From Anthoceros angustus (Eukaryota > Plantae > Anthocerotophyta), in contig MU008170.1 of assembly GCA_010909165.1 (NCBI GenBank), forward strand, positions 620,001 through 684,000: 64,000 bases of DNA, read 5' to 3'. The translations under genes and the position numbers were made by a program. Positions 22,257 to 34,800 of this stretch are shown here, one piece after another; positions within the stretch are counted from its first letter, which is position 1, and every line of letters begins with the position of its first letter. The notes under the pieces are model-generated. The model was not told the DNA's origin. It saw only the letters and a list, made by a program, of their open reading frames with translations, and ran no database searches.

Positions 22257-23423
22257 ATGGAGAAAGCGGGTGGCAAGAAGCGGGGGAGGCTCAGGAAGGG
22301 AGCCGATTCCTCCAGCTCCCCCGTGAAGGATGGGACGGCAGGAGCAGGAGCAGGGGAGGCTGGGGAGGCTGGGGGGCGGGTGACCAGGAAGCAGGCGGCC
22401 AGGAGAAGGCCGCTGGTGGATATGGATGCCAACCCGAGGGAGAAAGACCGGAGTGTAGGGCTTGCTGTGGGTTCGGGCAGGGCGACAAGGAGGACAAGGT
22501 TGGGGGACAAGCAGGCGAAGGAGGATGATGCCGTGAATGGAGATGGGCATGGAAAGCATGGAAACGGGGCTTGTTTGCATGCGATGGTGGAGATGGAGGA
22601 GGGCCGTTCTCCAATACCCAAGAAAGGGAAAGGCCGAAGAGCAGGGCAAGAGGGAGCTGCGGGGGAGGATGATGTTGTGGGAGAGAAGGCGGAGCTGTTG
22701 CCCAAGGACTCGGGCCGAGTGGACCCATCTGCTAGGCCTCCGCTCAAGGAGGTGCCAGGGCTTCCCTCCAACTACGAGGAGCGGCTGGAGTTGATCCGCC
22801 GGGTGAGCGAGTGCATCAACTCCGAGGTGGAGTTCCGTTGCGAGGCCCTCAAGGCCACGCTGGACATGCAGCTCCCGGCCGTGATGGCCCAGCTGAAGCT
22901 GCAGCAGGCCAAGTTCTCGGCAACCCAGCTCAGGATGCCGCTGGTGGAGTTTGTGGAAAAGTACTGCACCCATTGCGGGATCGGGGAGCGGGAGGACGGG
23001 TCCTTAGAGATTAGGAAGTTCGACAGAAGCATGGCTGGGGATGTCGGAGACGGATGGGCGGAAGGGCAGCAGCAGCAGGTGCAGGGAAATGTGGTTCCCA
23101 CTCCTGCCCCAGCCATGGCAGCTGCAGATTGCAGTGCAGAGAAATGGGCCACCAGAGGCCAGAAACGTGACCGACACAACGGGGACCTGTCGGAGATCAT
23201 GTCAGCCTACATCCAGGCATCTGCATCTCGAGACTTTGGTGCCCTCACCAGCCCTACCATGGCCACTCCCGCCACCTGGAGAAGAGGCAGCCTCTTCACA
23301 GGTCCGCCTCTCGCTGCTGCCCTGCAACCGTCCCGGTGTGGAGTCACTCCCAGGTCAGAGAGAAGGCCTCAGCGAGGAGAGATGCTCATGTCCGTCAATG
23401 GCTCGCCTCTTGGACACTACTGA
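22257..23423 (+). CDS. BORR: Borealin-related chromosomal passenger complex subunit (intronless)
   Basis: Borealin N-type helix (EVEFRCEALKATLDMQL...LKLQQAKFSATQLRMPLVEF) and the conserved C-terminal RRPQRGEMLMSVNGSPLGHY. Confidence 0.82.
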   Translation: MEKAGGKKRGRLRKGADSSSSPVKDGTAGAGAGEAGEAGGRVTRKQAARRRPLVDMDANPREKDRSVGLAVGSGRATRRTRLGDKQAKEDDAVNGDGHGKHGNGACLHAMVEMEEGRSPIPKKGKGRRAGQEGAAGEDDVVGEKAELLPKDSGRVDPSARPPLKEVPGLPSNYEERLELIRRVSECINSEVEFRCEALKATLDMQLPAVMAQLKLQQAKFSATQLRMPLVEFVEKYCTHCGIGEREDGSLEIRKFDRSMAGDVGDGWAEGQQQQVQGNVVPTPAPAMAAADCSAEKWATRGQKRDRHNGDLSEIMSAYIQASASRDFGALTSPTMATPATWRRGSLFTGPPLAAALQPSRCGVTPRSERRPQRGEMLMSVNGSPLGHY

Positions 23424-23854
23424 TAGACAGAAATAAAAGAAGAGAGAAGACAGCACGGCACACCACAGCATAGAATAGCACACCTTGTAGTCGTACGCAG
23501 ACGAGACATACCTCCCGCATGAGCCCACACACTCTTCTCGCAGATGGGTGTCTAGAATTTTTGTCCTCCCTATATATGTATGTATCGTCTATTCCTCTTG
23601 TCGACATGGAGACGACGACCCTTACTTCCTCAGCCCCGTCCATACAAGTTTGAAGAGCGTGGGACCTTCTGTTGTGGTCCATTCGCAGCCTTCTGCGCTC
23701 ACAATTCTTGTGAGGTAGTTTTCTCTTCCGTTGTCCTTGTTCCTAAAAACGACCCATAGTGCTTGGGCTTGAGCTTAAAAACAACCTACCCTCCCGTTTT
23801 CTCACAATTTGTTCACACAAGCAGTGAGCCTGTTAGCGCATTGTGAGCAGCAGC

Positions 23855-25252
23855 ATGGGTGTGGGCGGCGACGACAAAGCTGATATGCCTGGGCTGCCTG
23901 GAGTACCGCTTGACACTACAGCGGCCCAGCGCGAGATTTTGCTGCTCAAGGTGCCAACTGCGCTGGCTAAATTATGGCAGCAGCAGCGAGATGCAGGATC
24001 CACGGAGCCGCTGGCTCGGCTCACCTCCACCTGGGATCTGCTCAACCCCAATTCTCCTCCAGAGGTGCCATGAGAGATGCGACGTGCTATTGCAATTCTC
24101 GTTCTTTGGCAGCTATGTCGCGGCTTGTCTAGGTAGGGTTGTAGAGGTGAGCCAGACTTACGACGATGACCTCTCTCTGGACATGCTTGCATGCCGCAGT
24201 TTTCCATGGAGGTGCCCGGGAAGGATGGAGAGTTGCCAAAGAAGTATGTGCTCCCTGCGGCCAAGGACCCTGTGCCTATGTGCATTTTTACTGAGACAAC
24301 CGATGGTAATTGCGTTGCTGCCCATTTTTGATGAATTGTCATGCACCAGGGTGGTGGCACGCTGGTTGGCCCATGGCCATGGCCTGACCAAGTGGTGCTG
24401 AATGCAACTTTGGGGCCCTGTTCTGGTTAGGAGGGCAGCTCGCTTGAACACAACGAGTGCATATCCTGTGCAGGGAAACTTGCAGCGGAGGGAAGAGTGA
24501 AGTACAAATTTGACATGCAGCGGAGTGGCCAGGATCCTGATGAGTATCGTAAGATTTGCCGGGACAGGTTGACCAAGTCCATGGTTAAACCACGAACCCT
24601 ACAGGTTTGCAGCCTGGAGACCAGACCTCCTTCACCTTTTCCCTAATTGCTAGTCTGTGTATGTTAATGTGTTTCCTGGTTTTAGGTTCTGTCGGAGGAT
24701 GGTGGTAGGTATATGAGGCCACAACCGGGAACTTGGCATGCGGGTACAAAGGTACAGTGTGCTGACTCCCACTGAATAGGCTTTGCTTTCCATGCAGCAC
24801 CATCTGCAACTGCTCCTGCTGGTGAGAGAGTATTTTAACCAGCGTATGTTTTTCTTCTTAGGATAAGAAGAAGACCGTGGTGCCTGCAAAAGGTACTGAA
24901 GGGAAGCGGATTCGCGGAGATCGCACGCAGTTGGAAGACATGGTTTTCCAGCTGTTCGAGCAGACTCCTAATTGGGGATTGAAGAGCCTTACGCAGGCGA
25001 CTGCTCAGCCTGTGGTATGTAGTGTCCTCTGAATTCATGAACCCAATATCACAGCTTCTGCTATATGACTGGCATCCTAGACTAGTTCTCACAGGCGTTA
25101 ACTCTGTCTCCTGGCAGGCTTTCCTTAAAGAGGTTCTGAACGAACTCTGTATATACAACAAAAGGGGGCTCAATCAAGGCACATACGAACTCAAGCCGGA
25201 ATATAAGCGTATGGCGGCCGAGGCTGCTCCGGCTGCGCCACCCTCAGGATAG
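23855..25252 (+). CDS. General transcription factor IIF subunit beta (RAP30), 6 exons
   Basis: LDTTAAQREILLLKVP, GKLAAEGRVKYKFDMQ, and the winged helix DRTQLEDMVFQLFEQTPNWGLKSLTQATAQPV|AFLKEVLNELCIYNKRGLNQGTYELKPEYK. Confidence 0.93.
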
Positions 25253-25742
25253 AAGCTTGTTCACCCATCGGTGCTTGTCGGAGTATTTTTCCCAAGGTCG
25301 AAGGAGGACCTCCCTGACCACATCGAGAGGCGATCTTCCTCACCTTATGTACACCTCTATGTACCATAACAATGGCGATAAAGTCGCCTCCACGGATTCT
25401 TTTTACTTTGTAAATAGGTAGACCAACCCGAAAAGGTCGAAGGGGATTTCCACCCATTTTTGGCAGATTTTATCTTATTAATAATTACACTTAGAGTAAA
25501 GAATAACAGCACTGGTGAGATAAGATTCAAAAGAATGAAGCCTAGTTGGTGAGCTTGCCCTTGAGCCAAGGGTGGATAGCCAGGCTCAAGTGTGTGTGTA
25601 ATTTTTTGTGATTAAAAAGTAGCTTCTCAAGCTCGAGGCTTGTTGAGGAGGAAGAGTAGCTTCTTGAGGCTTTTCGAGGAGGTGGTTTGCGAAAAGTCAA
25701 TTGACGGCTGGCTACTTGGAGCCTACTCCTGCGTCGTGAGGT

Positions 25743-25870
25743 TGAGAGTGCTGAGAGTTGGTCCATGTCTCTAATCTCGAGAGAATTAGCGAGGTCCTGG
25801 ACTGCCTGAGAGTGCTGAGAGTTGGTCCATGTCTCTAATCTCGAGAGAATTAGCGAGGTCCTGGACTGCC
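25743..25870. repeat. Perfect 64-bp tandem duplication, possibly within a solo-LTR-like relic (~25590-26045)
   Basis: tgagagtgctgagagttggtccatgtctctaatctcgagagaattagcgaggtcctggactgcc occurs twice (25743 and 25807). AATAAA lies near 25986. No TSD was found, so the LTR reading is tentative. Confidence 0.8.
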
Positions 25871-26989
25871 GGGAAGCCAACACAGATCGCATCCCTACTG
25901 GCTGCGTAGCTTTAAGGGGCGTTACTCTCAAGACGTCCATTTCACCACAATTTCCACAAGGATGTGCTGTATCGATACTTGTGATCAATAAAATATTACT
26001 CTTTCGTTCAAGAGGATTCTTTACTATTTCTCCATATCCCCTCATTTCTTTTTTTTTTCCTCCCTTCCCATTTTTTCATTTTTCCCCTTCTCCTCATCTT
26101 CCATATTTGTATTATTTTCTCATTTTATCCTTTTCTTCCTTCCCTTCTCTCTCCCAGTCCTCATGCCCTTTTTCCTCTCCCAATGCGCAATCCACACTCC
26201 CTCAGCGAGTTATGTTGCACCAATTTGTTCGACCCACACAGTGTGATAAAGATTCCACTCATATTGCACCATGCACTTCTTTTGGAGTGGTCTCTTAACC
26301 ACCATCTGAAGCATGAACATTGGTTGCACATCACATGGATTTGTCCCAATAAACATGGTACGAGGCGACACGCTATTTGAGCGTTAATGTCTAATTTTTT
26401 TCAGACTAGGACATAAGCATACAAATAAGGCAAAACGATGTCAAGTGTAATTGCATGTCCTAGCCATTACAGCAGCAAAACACTATATGAGCCAAAAGAG
26501 TATCTCCATCCTGGGTGACAATATATGTAGATTGAAAGAGAGTATAATATTGGCGTTTGGGCTGCAAGTTCAATCTCAGACGGGTGTGCTCTTCACCACA
26601 CATTTTCTAGAGTTTTGAGCGAACGAGTGCAGAGACATTACTGAATTCTGCCCTATTCATGTGCATCGGCCAACGAATGGGGAACGTTGTATATGTTTAA
26701 TCCTTGCTAATTGGGAAATATTTTCTGTGGTACCCTATTCCGTAGATATTGTGAAGGGAAAATCCTTTGTTTTTTGCGCTGCAGCTCGTTTCAGCGGAAT
26801 CTATCGAATTTATGAGACACTGTTACCTACCGAAACTTGGCCATGCGCTCCATCACCAACCTACCCGGGGGCCGATACCGTGTACAATAAAGCGCTCAAG
26901 GTGAGCCTCAACCCATGACCAACGTGTCCCTCCATTCCTTGCACTTGCAAATCATGGTGTACGTACTACATTGTTTATGATATGTGCAG

Positions 26990-27260
26990 CCAATGAGTCA
27001 ATATATCGATAGGAAAAACAAGAAAGAACGAGCAAATGATTTACAACATACAGGAAGAAGAGAAAGGGGAGAAAGTAACAACAACACACACTTATTGGCG
27101 CGTGTTCTGCGACGCTCCTCATCCTTATATAAACATGAAAATTTTTGCAAATCTTGATCATCTTGTACTGAATCATGTTCATCTTCAATGAAGTAAGCTT
27201 GGCGAATCATTTCATTTGACATTGGTAAGTATTGACAGCTTTACTTCTTGACTACAAGCA
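26990..27260 (-). mobile_element. Decayed Ty1/Copia gag (UBN2-type) remnant
   Basis: Frameshifted fragments AKLTSLKMN / EHDSVQD ... NKCVLLLLSPL..SF resemble Copia gag (L..LKM.E..SV..H ... LLL.SLP.SY). Confidence 0.4.
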
Positions 27261-27424
27261 AGAAATAGAAAGAAGGAAAAGATAATTATGTCTATGTTTC
27301 ATCTTATTTCTGCAACATTGTCTGGCTTATTCATACCTTCTCCAACTAGACCTTCCCATTGTTACCAAGGCATATATTCTTAAATAAATAAGTTAACATC
27401 ATATAAAAAGGGGAATGTGGAGAC

Positions 27425-28300
27425 TTCATTAAAAAAAATTGTACCTGATAGACCACCCGAAGAAAGACGCGAAGCAGTAGTATGCGGCCAGCCGAAGACC
27501 GGCCTGTCTAAACAACAGAGTTCCTCAGGGATGATATCCCGAATAACATGTGAAATAGAGTCTCCCAGACGCGGATGAAGGGCGCGAAGGACAGCGATAG
27601 TCTCCTCAGAAGCTGGCGCCACCGGCTCCGGGCGAATAGCCCGAGCAACCCCAGCATACTCCCCGACACGACCCAGCAAGAGACACCTTTTGAGATGCGC
27701 GTTTGCAAGGTCTGGGCGAACATGATTCACCTTAGCAAAGTCTAGCCTAGACCTCGCAACGCGCCTTGCCTCCTCCTGCAAGACCTCCCAATCCCTCGCT
27801 TGATATCGACGGAGATGAGAGGCAACCTCGCGATGACCAGAAAAACAGCCCCGAGAGAGACGAAGGCACCGCCGGGGGAGAAAAAGAAACAAAGCCCAAG
27901 TAGCCTCGTCCTGTGGATCCAACACGAGGCATTCCAAAGGAAGGCGATAAGCGAGGCGGACATCAGAAGGCACCATGAGAGGCGCTGAAAAAGACGTGGT
28001 CCTAGGAAATGCACTTTGTATAAGGCAAGAAGATGATCAGTCTGCCCCTGCAACCACTGCCTAGACTCTAGAGAGGGCCCAAGGGGGGTATCTGGAGTCG
28101 GGAGGACAGCAGTGGAGGAAGAAACAAGGTATAGCTGAGCCTCCTAGGTGGCCCGATCAAAATCCTTGTGGACCAGACCAATGTGGTTCCTGACTCTCCG
28201 AGGTTTGAATGATTTCTCGCACACGGGAGAAGAAGTGTCCTTCATAAGCGCAGAAGAAGGGGGCCCCATAGCAATAAAGAGAAAAACCTGAAAAATGCCC
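27425..28300 (-). mobile_element. 5' fragment of a CRE/SLACS-like non-LTR retrotransposon ORF (decayed C2H2 finger plus pre-RT region)
   Basis: PVCEKSFKPRRVRNHIGLVH (finger-like), WALFLFLPRRCLRLSRG...LRRYQARDWEVL and GEYAGVARAI...APASEETIAVLRALHP...SSGGLSG. The ORF is truncated before the RT core. Confidence 0.65.
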
Positions 28301-28700
28301 AAAAAAGAACCGCAGTGTGCCGCCAAGAACCATAAACCAAAACGCTCCGAACCAGAAAAAAAAAACAGCACTGCAACAATCGCAACTTGGCAACCATGCC
28401 TCGCCAGCCCACAACACCGTAATCCGAAAAAGTACCCGCCTGACCCCCTCACAACTCCATGCCCCGCTATCACATCGAAAAACTCACCGGCCCTAATACG
28501 GCGAAGAAAAGGACCTACCCTCGAACACCGCCAAATCCGCAGAGTTGGAGCCTGTGAAGGGCGTGAGCATGGGCCTGCAAACCACGCCGCGGCCCCCTTC
28601 CCCTCTCCCCGCTGCCATGCGCTCCGATAGACTCGCGCCCGAAGCCGGGCCTGCAAGGATAGCACAGCTAGGTGCGCCGCGAGCCGCCTCGGCGCCGAGC

Positions 28701-29148
28701 GCCGATGAGCCTCGCCCGCACCGCTTTTGTCCTCGCCCGCCCTCTCACCCGGACCGCCCGCCAAATCCTGCGGCAAGCGGGCCTCGCTGCCTCGCTCCTA
28801 CCGCCTTGCAACCTTTCTACCATCATCGTATGGCGCTCCTCACCACCGCCTCACTCACGCTCCTCACTATGCTCCTCACCATGCTCCTTACGCGCTCCTT
28901 ACGCGCTCCCCACCATCGCCTTGCCGATGAGCCTCGCCCGCACCTTTTGTCCTCGCCCGCCTCTCACCCGGACCGCCCCGCCAAATCCTGCGAGGCCGCG
29001 GGCCTCGCTGCCCGCTCCCTACCGCCTTGCGCAACCTTTCTACCATCATCGTATGGCGCTCCTCACCACCGCCTCACTACGCTCCTCACTATGCTCCTCA
29101 CCATGCTCCTTACCGCGCTCCTTACCGCCGCTCCCCACCATCGCCTTA
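28701..29148. repeat. GC-rich ~222-bp tandem duplication with 12-bp subrepeats (gctcctcacYat)
   Basis: gccgatgagcctcgcccgcacc... starts at 28701 and 28923. ctaggtgcgccgc flanks at ~28668 and ~29177. Confidence 0.85.
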
Positions 29149-31899
29149 CTTCGCTTCTAGCCGCTCTGCACCGCCCTAGGTGCGCCGCACTTAGGGCACT
29201 CCTCACCAGCGCTCCTCATCGGTGCCTCACTCCGCTCCTAGTTGCTCTAGAACGCTGCATCACTTCAGGTATGTCCTCGCTTTTAAATATGGTCCTAAAA
29301 CTAATGTGAGAAATCTAAAAATCTAAACTTACTGCATTCTGTGGAATAACAATATGAACAAACATGGTAATTCTGTAAGGAGGTTAATATGCACCATGGG
29401 GGTTTTCTGCCTTTTATTCGGCAATGAGGGTTTCCAATGGGTCTCCATTTAGGGTTTTGAATCGTGTGGTCCAAAAATGCCTCAGAAAATAGGGTGTTCA
29501 TCTGCCGTGCACACAAATTTTGTGTATCGATGTAGGAGGCAAAGGGTTTTGATAACCCCTCATACATCCATTTGGCTCCATTTCGGACCCGGATGGGACG
29601 ACCGTTGTGCGGTGATGATGAAGACCGATGAGCAAAACCAGCAACTCGGTAGCGAAAAACATGGTGCGCGGGTCCTTTTCCATTAAGTACAACTCGCCGT
29701 TAGTACAATGGTCGAGGGTCAATGTCGGGCCCTGTTTTGGAAAACACAATCTAATCTTTGTTTACGGTAGAGGCCGCCCTCTTCACTCCTCGTCCATGGA
29801 CACCCTTTGACCGTGTGTAATTGTGGCCCCCATTGTACACGCGGAAGAGAAATAGTGTTCCCCACTTGCTGGGGTGAACCGTAACATGCAGAGAAGTCAT
29901 ACTGCAGGGCAGTCGGTGAGGGGCCTATGGACATACAAACAACGTTCTGGTTTGGTTAACGCTTCGTCTGCAATGCGTCTTGCACATGAACACCATCTTC
30001 TGTCGATGTCTCGTCGTATGGATTTGTCGCTATGCTTAGGAAGGCTGGTTTCCACGCTGGTCTTTTGCATAATAATGACGAACTTGGCGGAAGACAACGG
30101 TTTTCGTTAAGTGCGGTGGGAAAAATAGCCTTCCACGGACAATATGAATTTGGAGAATCTATTGAAACTTATTGAGAGGAAGGAAGAAAAACGTGTCCAC
30201 ATAAGACAAAACATCTTGGCACGGATGTTCATGAACTCCTCGTCCATGGACACCTTTGACCGTGTGTAATTGTGGCCCCCATTGTACACGCGGAAGAAAT
30301 AGTGTTCCCCACTTGCTGGGGTGAACCGTAACATGCAAAGAAGTCATGCAAGGGCAGTCGGTGAGGAGGCCTATGGACATACAAACAACGTTGGTTTGGT
30401 TAACGCATGCATGCGTCTTGCACATGAACACCATCTTCATCGATGTCTCGTCGTATGGATTTGTCGCTATGCTTAGGAAGGCTGGTTTCCACGCTGGTCT
30501 TTTGCATAATAATGACGAACTTGGCGGAAGACAACGGTTTTCGTTAAGTGCGGTGGGAAAAATAGCCTTCCACGGACAATATGAACAAACATGGTAATTC
30601 GTAAGGAGGTTAATATGCACCATGGGGTTTTACGCCTTTTATTCGGCAATGAGGGTTTCCAATGGGTCTCCATTTAGGGTTTTGAATCGTGTGGTCCAAA
30701 ATGCCTCAAAAATAGGGTGTTCATCTGCACACAAATTTCGTGTATCGATGTAGGAGGCAAAGGGTTTGATAACCCCTCATACATCCATTTGGCTCCATTT
30801 CGGACCCGGATGGGACGACCGTTGTGCGGTGATGATGAAGACCGATGAGCAAAACCAACTCAAAAACATGGTGCGGGTCCTTTTCCATTAAGTACAACTC
30901 GCCGGCCGTTAGTACAATGGTCGTCAATGTCGGGCCCCTGCTCGGAAAACACAATTAATGCTGCTTACCCGACGCCTCTTCACTCCTCGTCCATGGACAC
31001 CCTTTGACCGTGTGTAATTGTGGCCCCCATTGTACACGCGAAGAGAAATAGTGTTCCCCACTTGGGGTGGGTGAACCGTAATATGCAAAGAAGTCATCGA
31101 GACAGTCGGTGAGGAGCCTATGGACATACAAACAACGCTTGGTTTGGTTAACGCCGCGCAATGCGTCTTGCACATGAACACCATCTTCGCCGATGTCTCG
31201 TCGTATGGATTTGTCGCTATGCTTAGGAAGGCTGGTTTCCACGCTGGTCTTTGTAAGCATAATAATGACGAACTTGGCGGAAGACAACGGTTTTCGTTAA
31301 GTGCGGTGGGAAAAATAGCCTTCCACGGACAATGAATTTGGAGAATCTATTGAAACTTATTGAGAGGAAGGAAGAAAAACGTGTCCACATAAGACAAAAC
31401 ATCTTGGCACGGATGTTCATGAACTCCTCGTCCATGGACACCTTTGACCGTGTGTAATTGTGGCCCCCATTGTACACGCGAAGAGAAATAGTGTTCCCCA
31501 CTTGCTGGGGTGAACCGTAACGCAAAGAAGTCATACGAGACAGTCGTGAGGAGCCTATGGACATACAAACAACGTTACGTTGGTTAACGTGCAATGCGTC
31601 TTGCACATGAACACCATCTTCATCGATGTCTCGTCGTATGGATTTGTCGCTATGCTTAGGAAGGCTGGTTTCCACGCTGGTCTTTGTAATCGCATAATAA
31701 TAGCTTGGCGGAAGACAACGGTTTTCGTTAAGTGCGGGCTGGGAAAAATAGCCTTCCACGGACAATAACGAATTTGGAGAATCTATTGAAACTTATTGAG
31801 AGGAAGGAAGAAAAACGTGTCCACATAAGACAAAACATCTTGGCACGGATGTTCATGAACTCCAGTCGTCTTGAATTGCATCATCATGAGGCTCGCATC

Positions 31900-34800
31900 A
31901 CCACCACTATCTTCACTATCTTGGGCCACTTTGGCTGGTCATGTAAAGCGCAATTCATTTAATTTTAGTCGATCGCCTTCTTGTCCAGATATAAATGTTT
32001 GCGAGCATTCAAGTTGAAACCATAATATATGATCACCGTTTTGTTCACAAAAACCTTTTATGCGTTTTGTGCAAATTAGCTTTCCTCCTTTTTCCCAATT
32101 TACACTGGGTCCCTTCATGTCGGATTATAAATTCTTCAACATACCTTCCTTCATACGCATCTGTGCTCGGTCATGTACCAATGAGCGACAAAGTGAGGAT
32201 CGTGCATCTAAGTGAACATCAATGACCGCCAATCCAAAAGCGGCTGTTATTCATCGGTGGTGGGGGCAATGAACATGTCTTTCCTTATTTCGAAATGTCA
32301 CCATTCAACAATGCAGTTCTTGTTCTTGTCTAACAGCGGTTTGATATGCACCAAGGTACATATCCGTTGGGGAAGGTCCCCGAGTAAAGCCTCCTCTAGC
32401 AACGCCTCATCGTGCACGTGAAGAACCTCGGCTGTTTCTTCAACCGGTCATGACACTTCCATGCGTCTTGGAGTGCGAGCCCTATATTATTCTCCACAAT
32501 AACGATCTCCTCTTGGTCCACCCAAAATTCTTCCCACCATTTATATTCCTCTGCGGTGACATATGGTCTAAGCGCGAGAGGCCCTCCTTCAAGTGAGCCA
32601 CACCTCGGTTGGGGATAACCACGACGATGTGCCTTTCTTATCACGGCACGAAGGGATGTCACCGTCTGGCGTTACGTCATTGGATGGGACAAACTTCAAA
32701 AACTCCAAACCGGCTTCCGCTTTCCCATTGTGGCGATGTCGAATATTGTTTGCTTCTAATGGCATCACAAGGCCACGGTCGAGTTTTTCTTCTCTTGTAA
32801 TTTTGAACTGTGCCGGAATGACAGTTGTTCAATTTCGCACATGACTCCATGCTTGGCGTCCATCCCCTTGTCGTGCGGCCAAACATAGGAGCGGAAGTCC
32901 TGGAACCTCCGTTAATACCTTCACCTCGGTGTTGGAGTGTACGCCTCTTTCAAAATTGCCGCCAATGCGGGAGAGTATGAGCCTTGTTTCAAGCTCTTTG
33001 AAAACATGAAAACATTTGGTCAATTTGATCATGAGTATGTCCAACGAGAAGGAACCCCACCTTTACTTTCTCAAAAGTTCCCATATCCACTAACATGTTC
33101 AGATATGCAAAAAGAAGTTGATTCTTGTTCTCCCGACAAGTGTTGTCCAATTGCAAGTATAAAACCTTCGGTAATACTCCCTCGTAGTTGTGTATCACAT
33201 CCTGTATAACAGTGATAGTCAAATTGGCGTCATTTCTCAAATTTGCGTAATGCAAGAAGGCCCTCGTTTTATACGTGTAGTTGTGAATCATACACCCAAC
33301 TACGTGGGCGAGAGATCGGGACTCCTCATCCAGTTCTTGACCACCTCAAAAGTGTGGTACCTCGGTTTTCTTGGTCCATCCCATCTATAGGCGATATGTA
33401 CTTATGCGGATCTCTAACTTTTGCTCTGTGTTTGGCCATCTTCGTCCGTTCCTCGTGCGGGCGCACGATGTGCGTCAGCGACACGATATTTACAAAACAA
33501 GAACTTCACGAGTCGGTTTCAAAATCCATTCTTTCAAACACTCTAGTCATGCCCTCTCATTTATCATTACACATATACTTCACATGAGGGCGGATTTTGG
33601 TGTAGGTGGAGCCAAGGTCGGTACTTATGGAGTTCCACCCAAGGGTTTCCGTGGTAAGGACATAGGGGCGCCGGCCGGCACCCTCCTGCTACTAACAAGG
33701 GTGGTGCCGGCCGGCCGGCGCCACTAGTGTCATGACATTGGGTGGGCGCGTGGCCTGTGGAGGAGGAGGAGGCGGGGAGGGGAGGGGAGTGCAGAGCAAC
33801 TAACCATCCGGTCGGACGCGCCCTCGGAAGCAGAGAGGGGCGGCTGCCGCGCCACTCTCTTGTGATATAAGGGGCGCCGGCCGCTAAACCTCCATCCGAA
33901 AGGCGCCCAAACCTCCAAGCGATGCACGCAGGCACCTAGGACCGATCTGCACGACAAACCGCAGTAGTTCACAAAAAGGTTAGAAAGGACTGATGCGGAG
34001 GAACAAGAGTGCCCGGTACCTTGATCGACCTTACGTGTTGAGTTCCGTATAGTTGTCTTCAATCCGCACAGCGAGCATGTCGAGAACGGTTTGATATGCA
34101 CCAAGGTACATATCCTGCTGGGGAAGGTCCCCGAGTAAAGCCTCCTCTAGCAACGCCTCATCGTGCACGTGAAGAACCTCGGTGTTTCTTCAACTTCGGT
34201 CACGAAAACCACTTCCATGCGTCTTGGAGTGCGAGCCCTATATTATTCTCCACAATAACGATCTCCTCTTGGTCCACCCAAAATTCTTCCCACCATTTAT
34301 ATTCCTCTGACATATGGTCTAAGCCGAGAGGCCCTCCTTCAAGTGAGCCACACCTCGGTTGGGGATAACCGACGATGTGCCTTTCTTATCACGGCACGAA
34401 GGGATGTCACCGCGGTTACGTCATGGATGGGACAAACTTCAAAAACTCCAAACCGCTTCCGCTTTCCCATTGTGGCGATGTCGAATATTGTTTGCTTCTA
34501 ATGATCACAAGGCCACGGTCGAGTTTTTCTTCTCTTGTAATTTTGAACTGTGCCGGAATGACAGTTGTTCAATTTGCACTCCGTATGCTTACGCCCATCC
34601 CCTTGTCGTGCGGCCAAACATAGGAGCGGAAGTCTGAACCTCCGTTAATACCTTCACCGTGTTGGAGTGTACGCCTTTTCAAAATTGCCGCCAATGCGGG
34701 AGAGTATGAGCTTCTGTGTTTCAAGCTCTTTGAAAACATGAAAACATTTGGTCAATTTGATCATGAGTATGTCCAACGAAGAAACCCCACCTTTACTTTC

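Noticed and set aside
22070-23200. Long minus-strand ORFs over APC15/Borealin
   Set aside because: GC-rich antisense shadows with no protein features.
28545-29309. 254-aa ORF as a gene
   Set aside because: It is explained by stop-poor GC-rich tandem repeats and has no recognisable domain.
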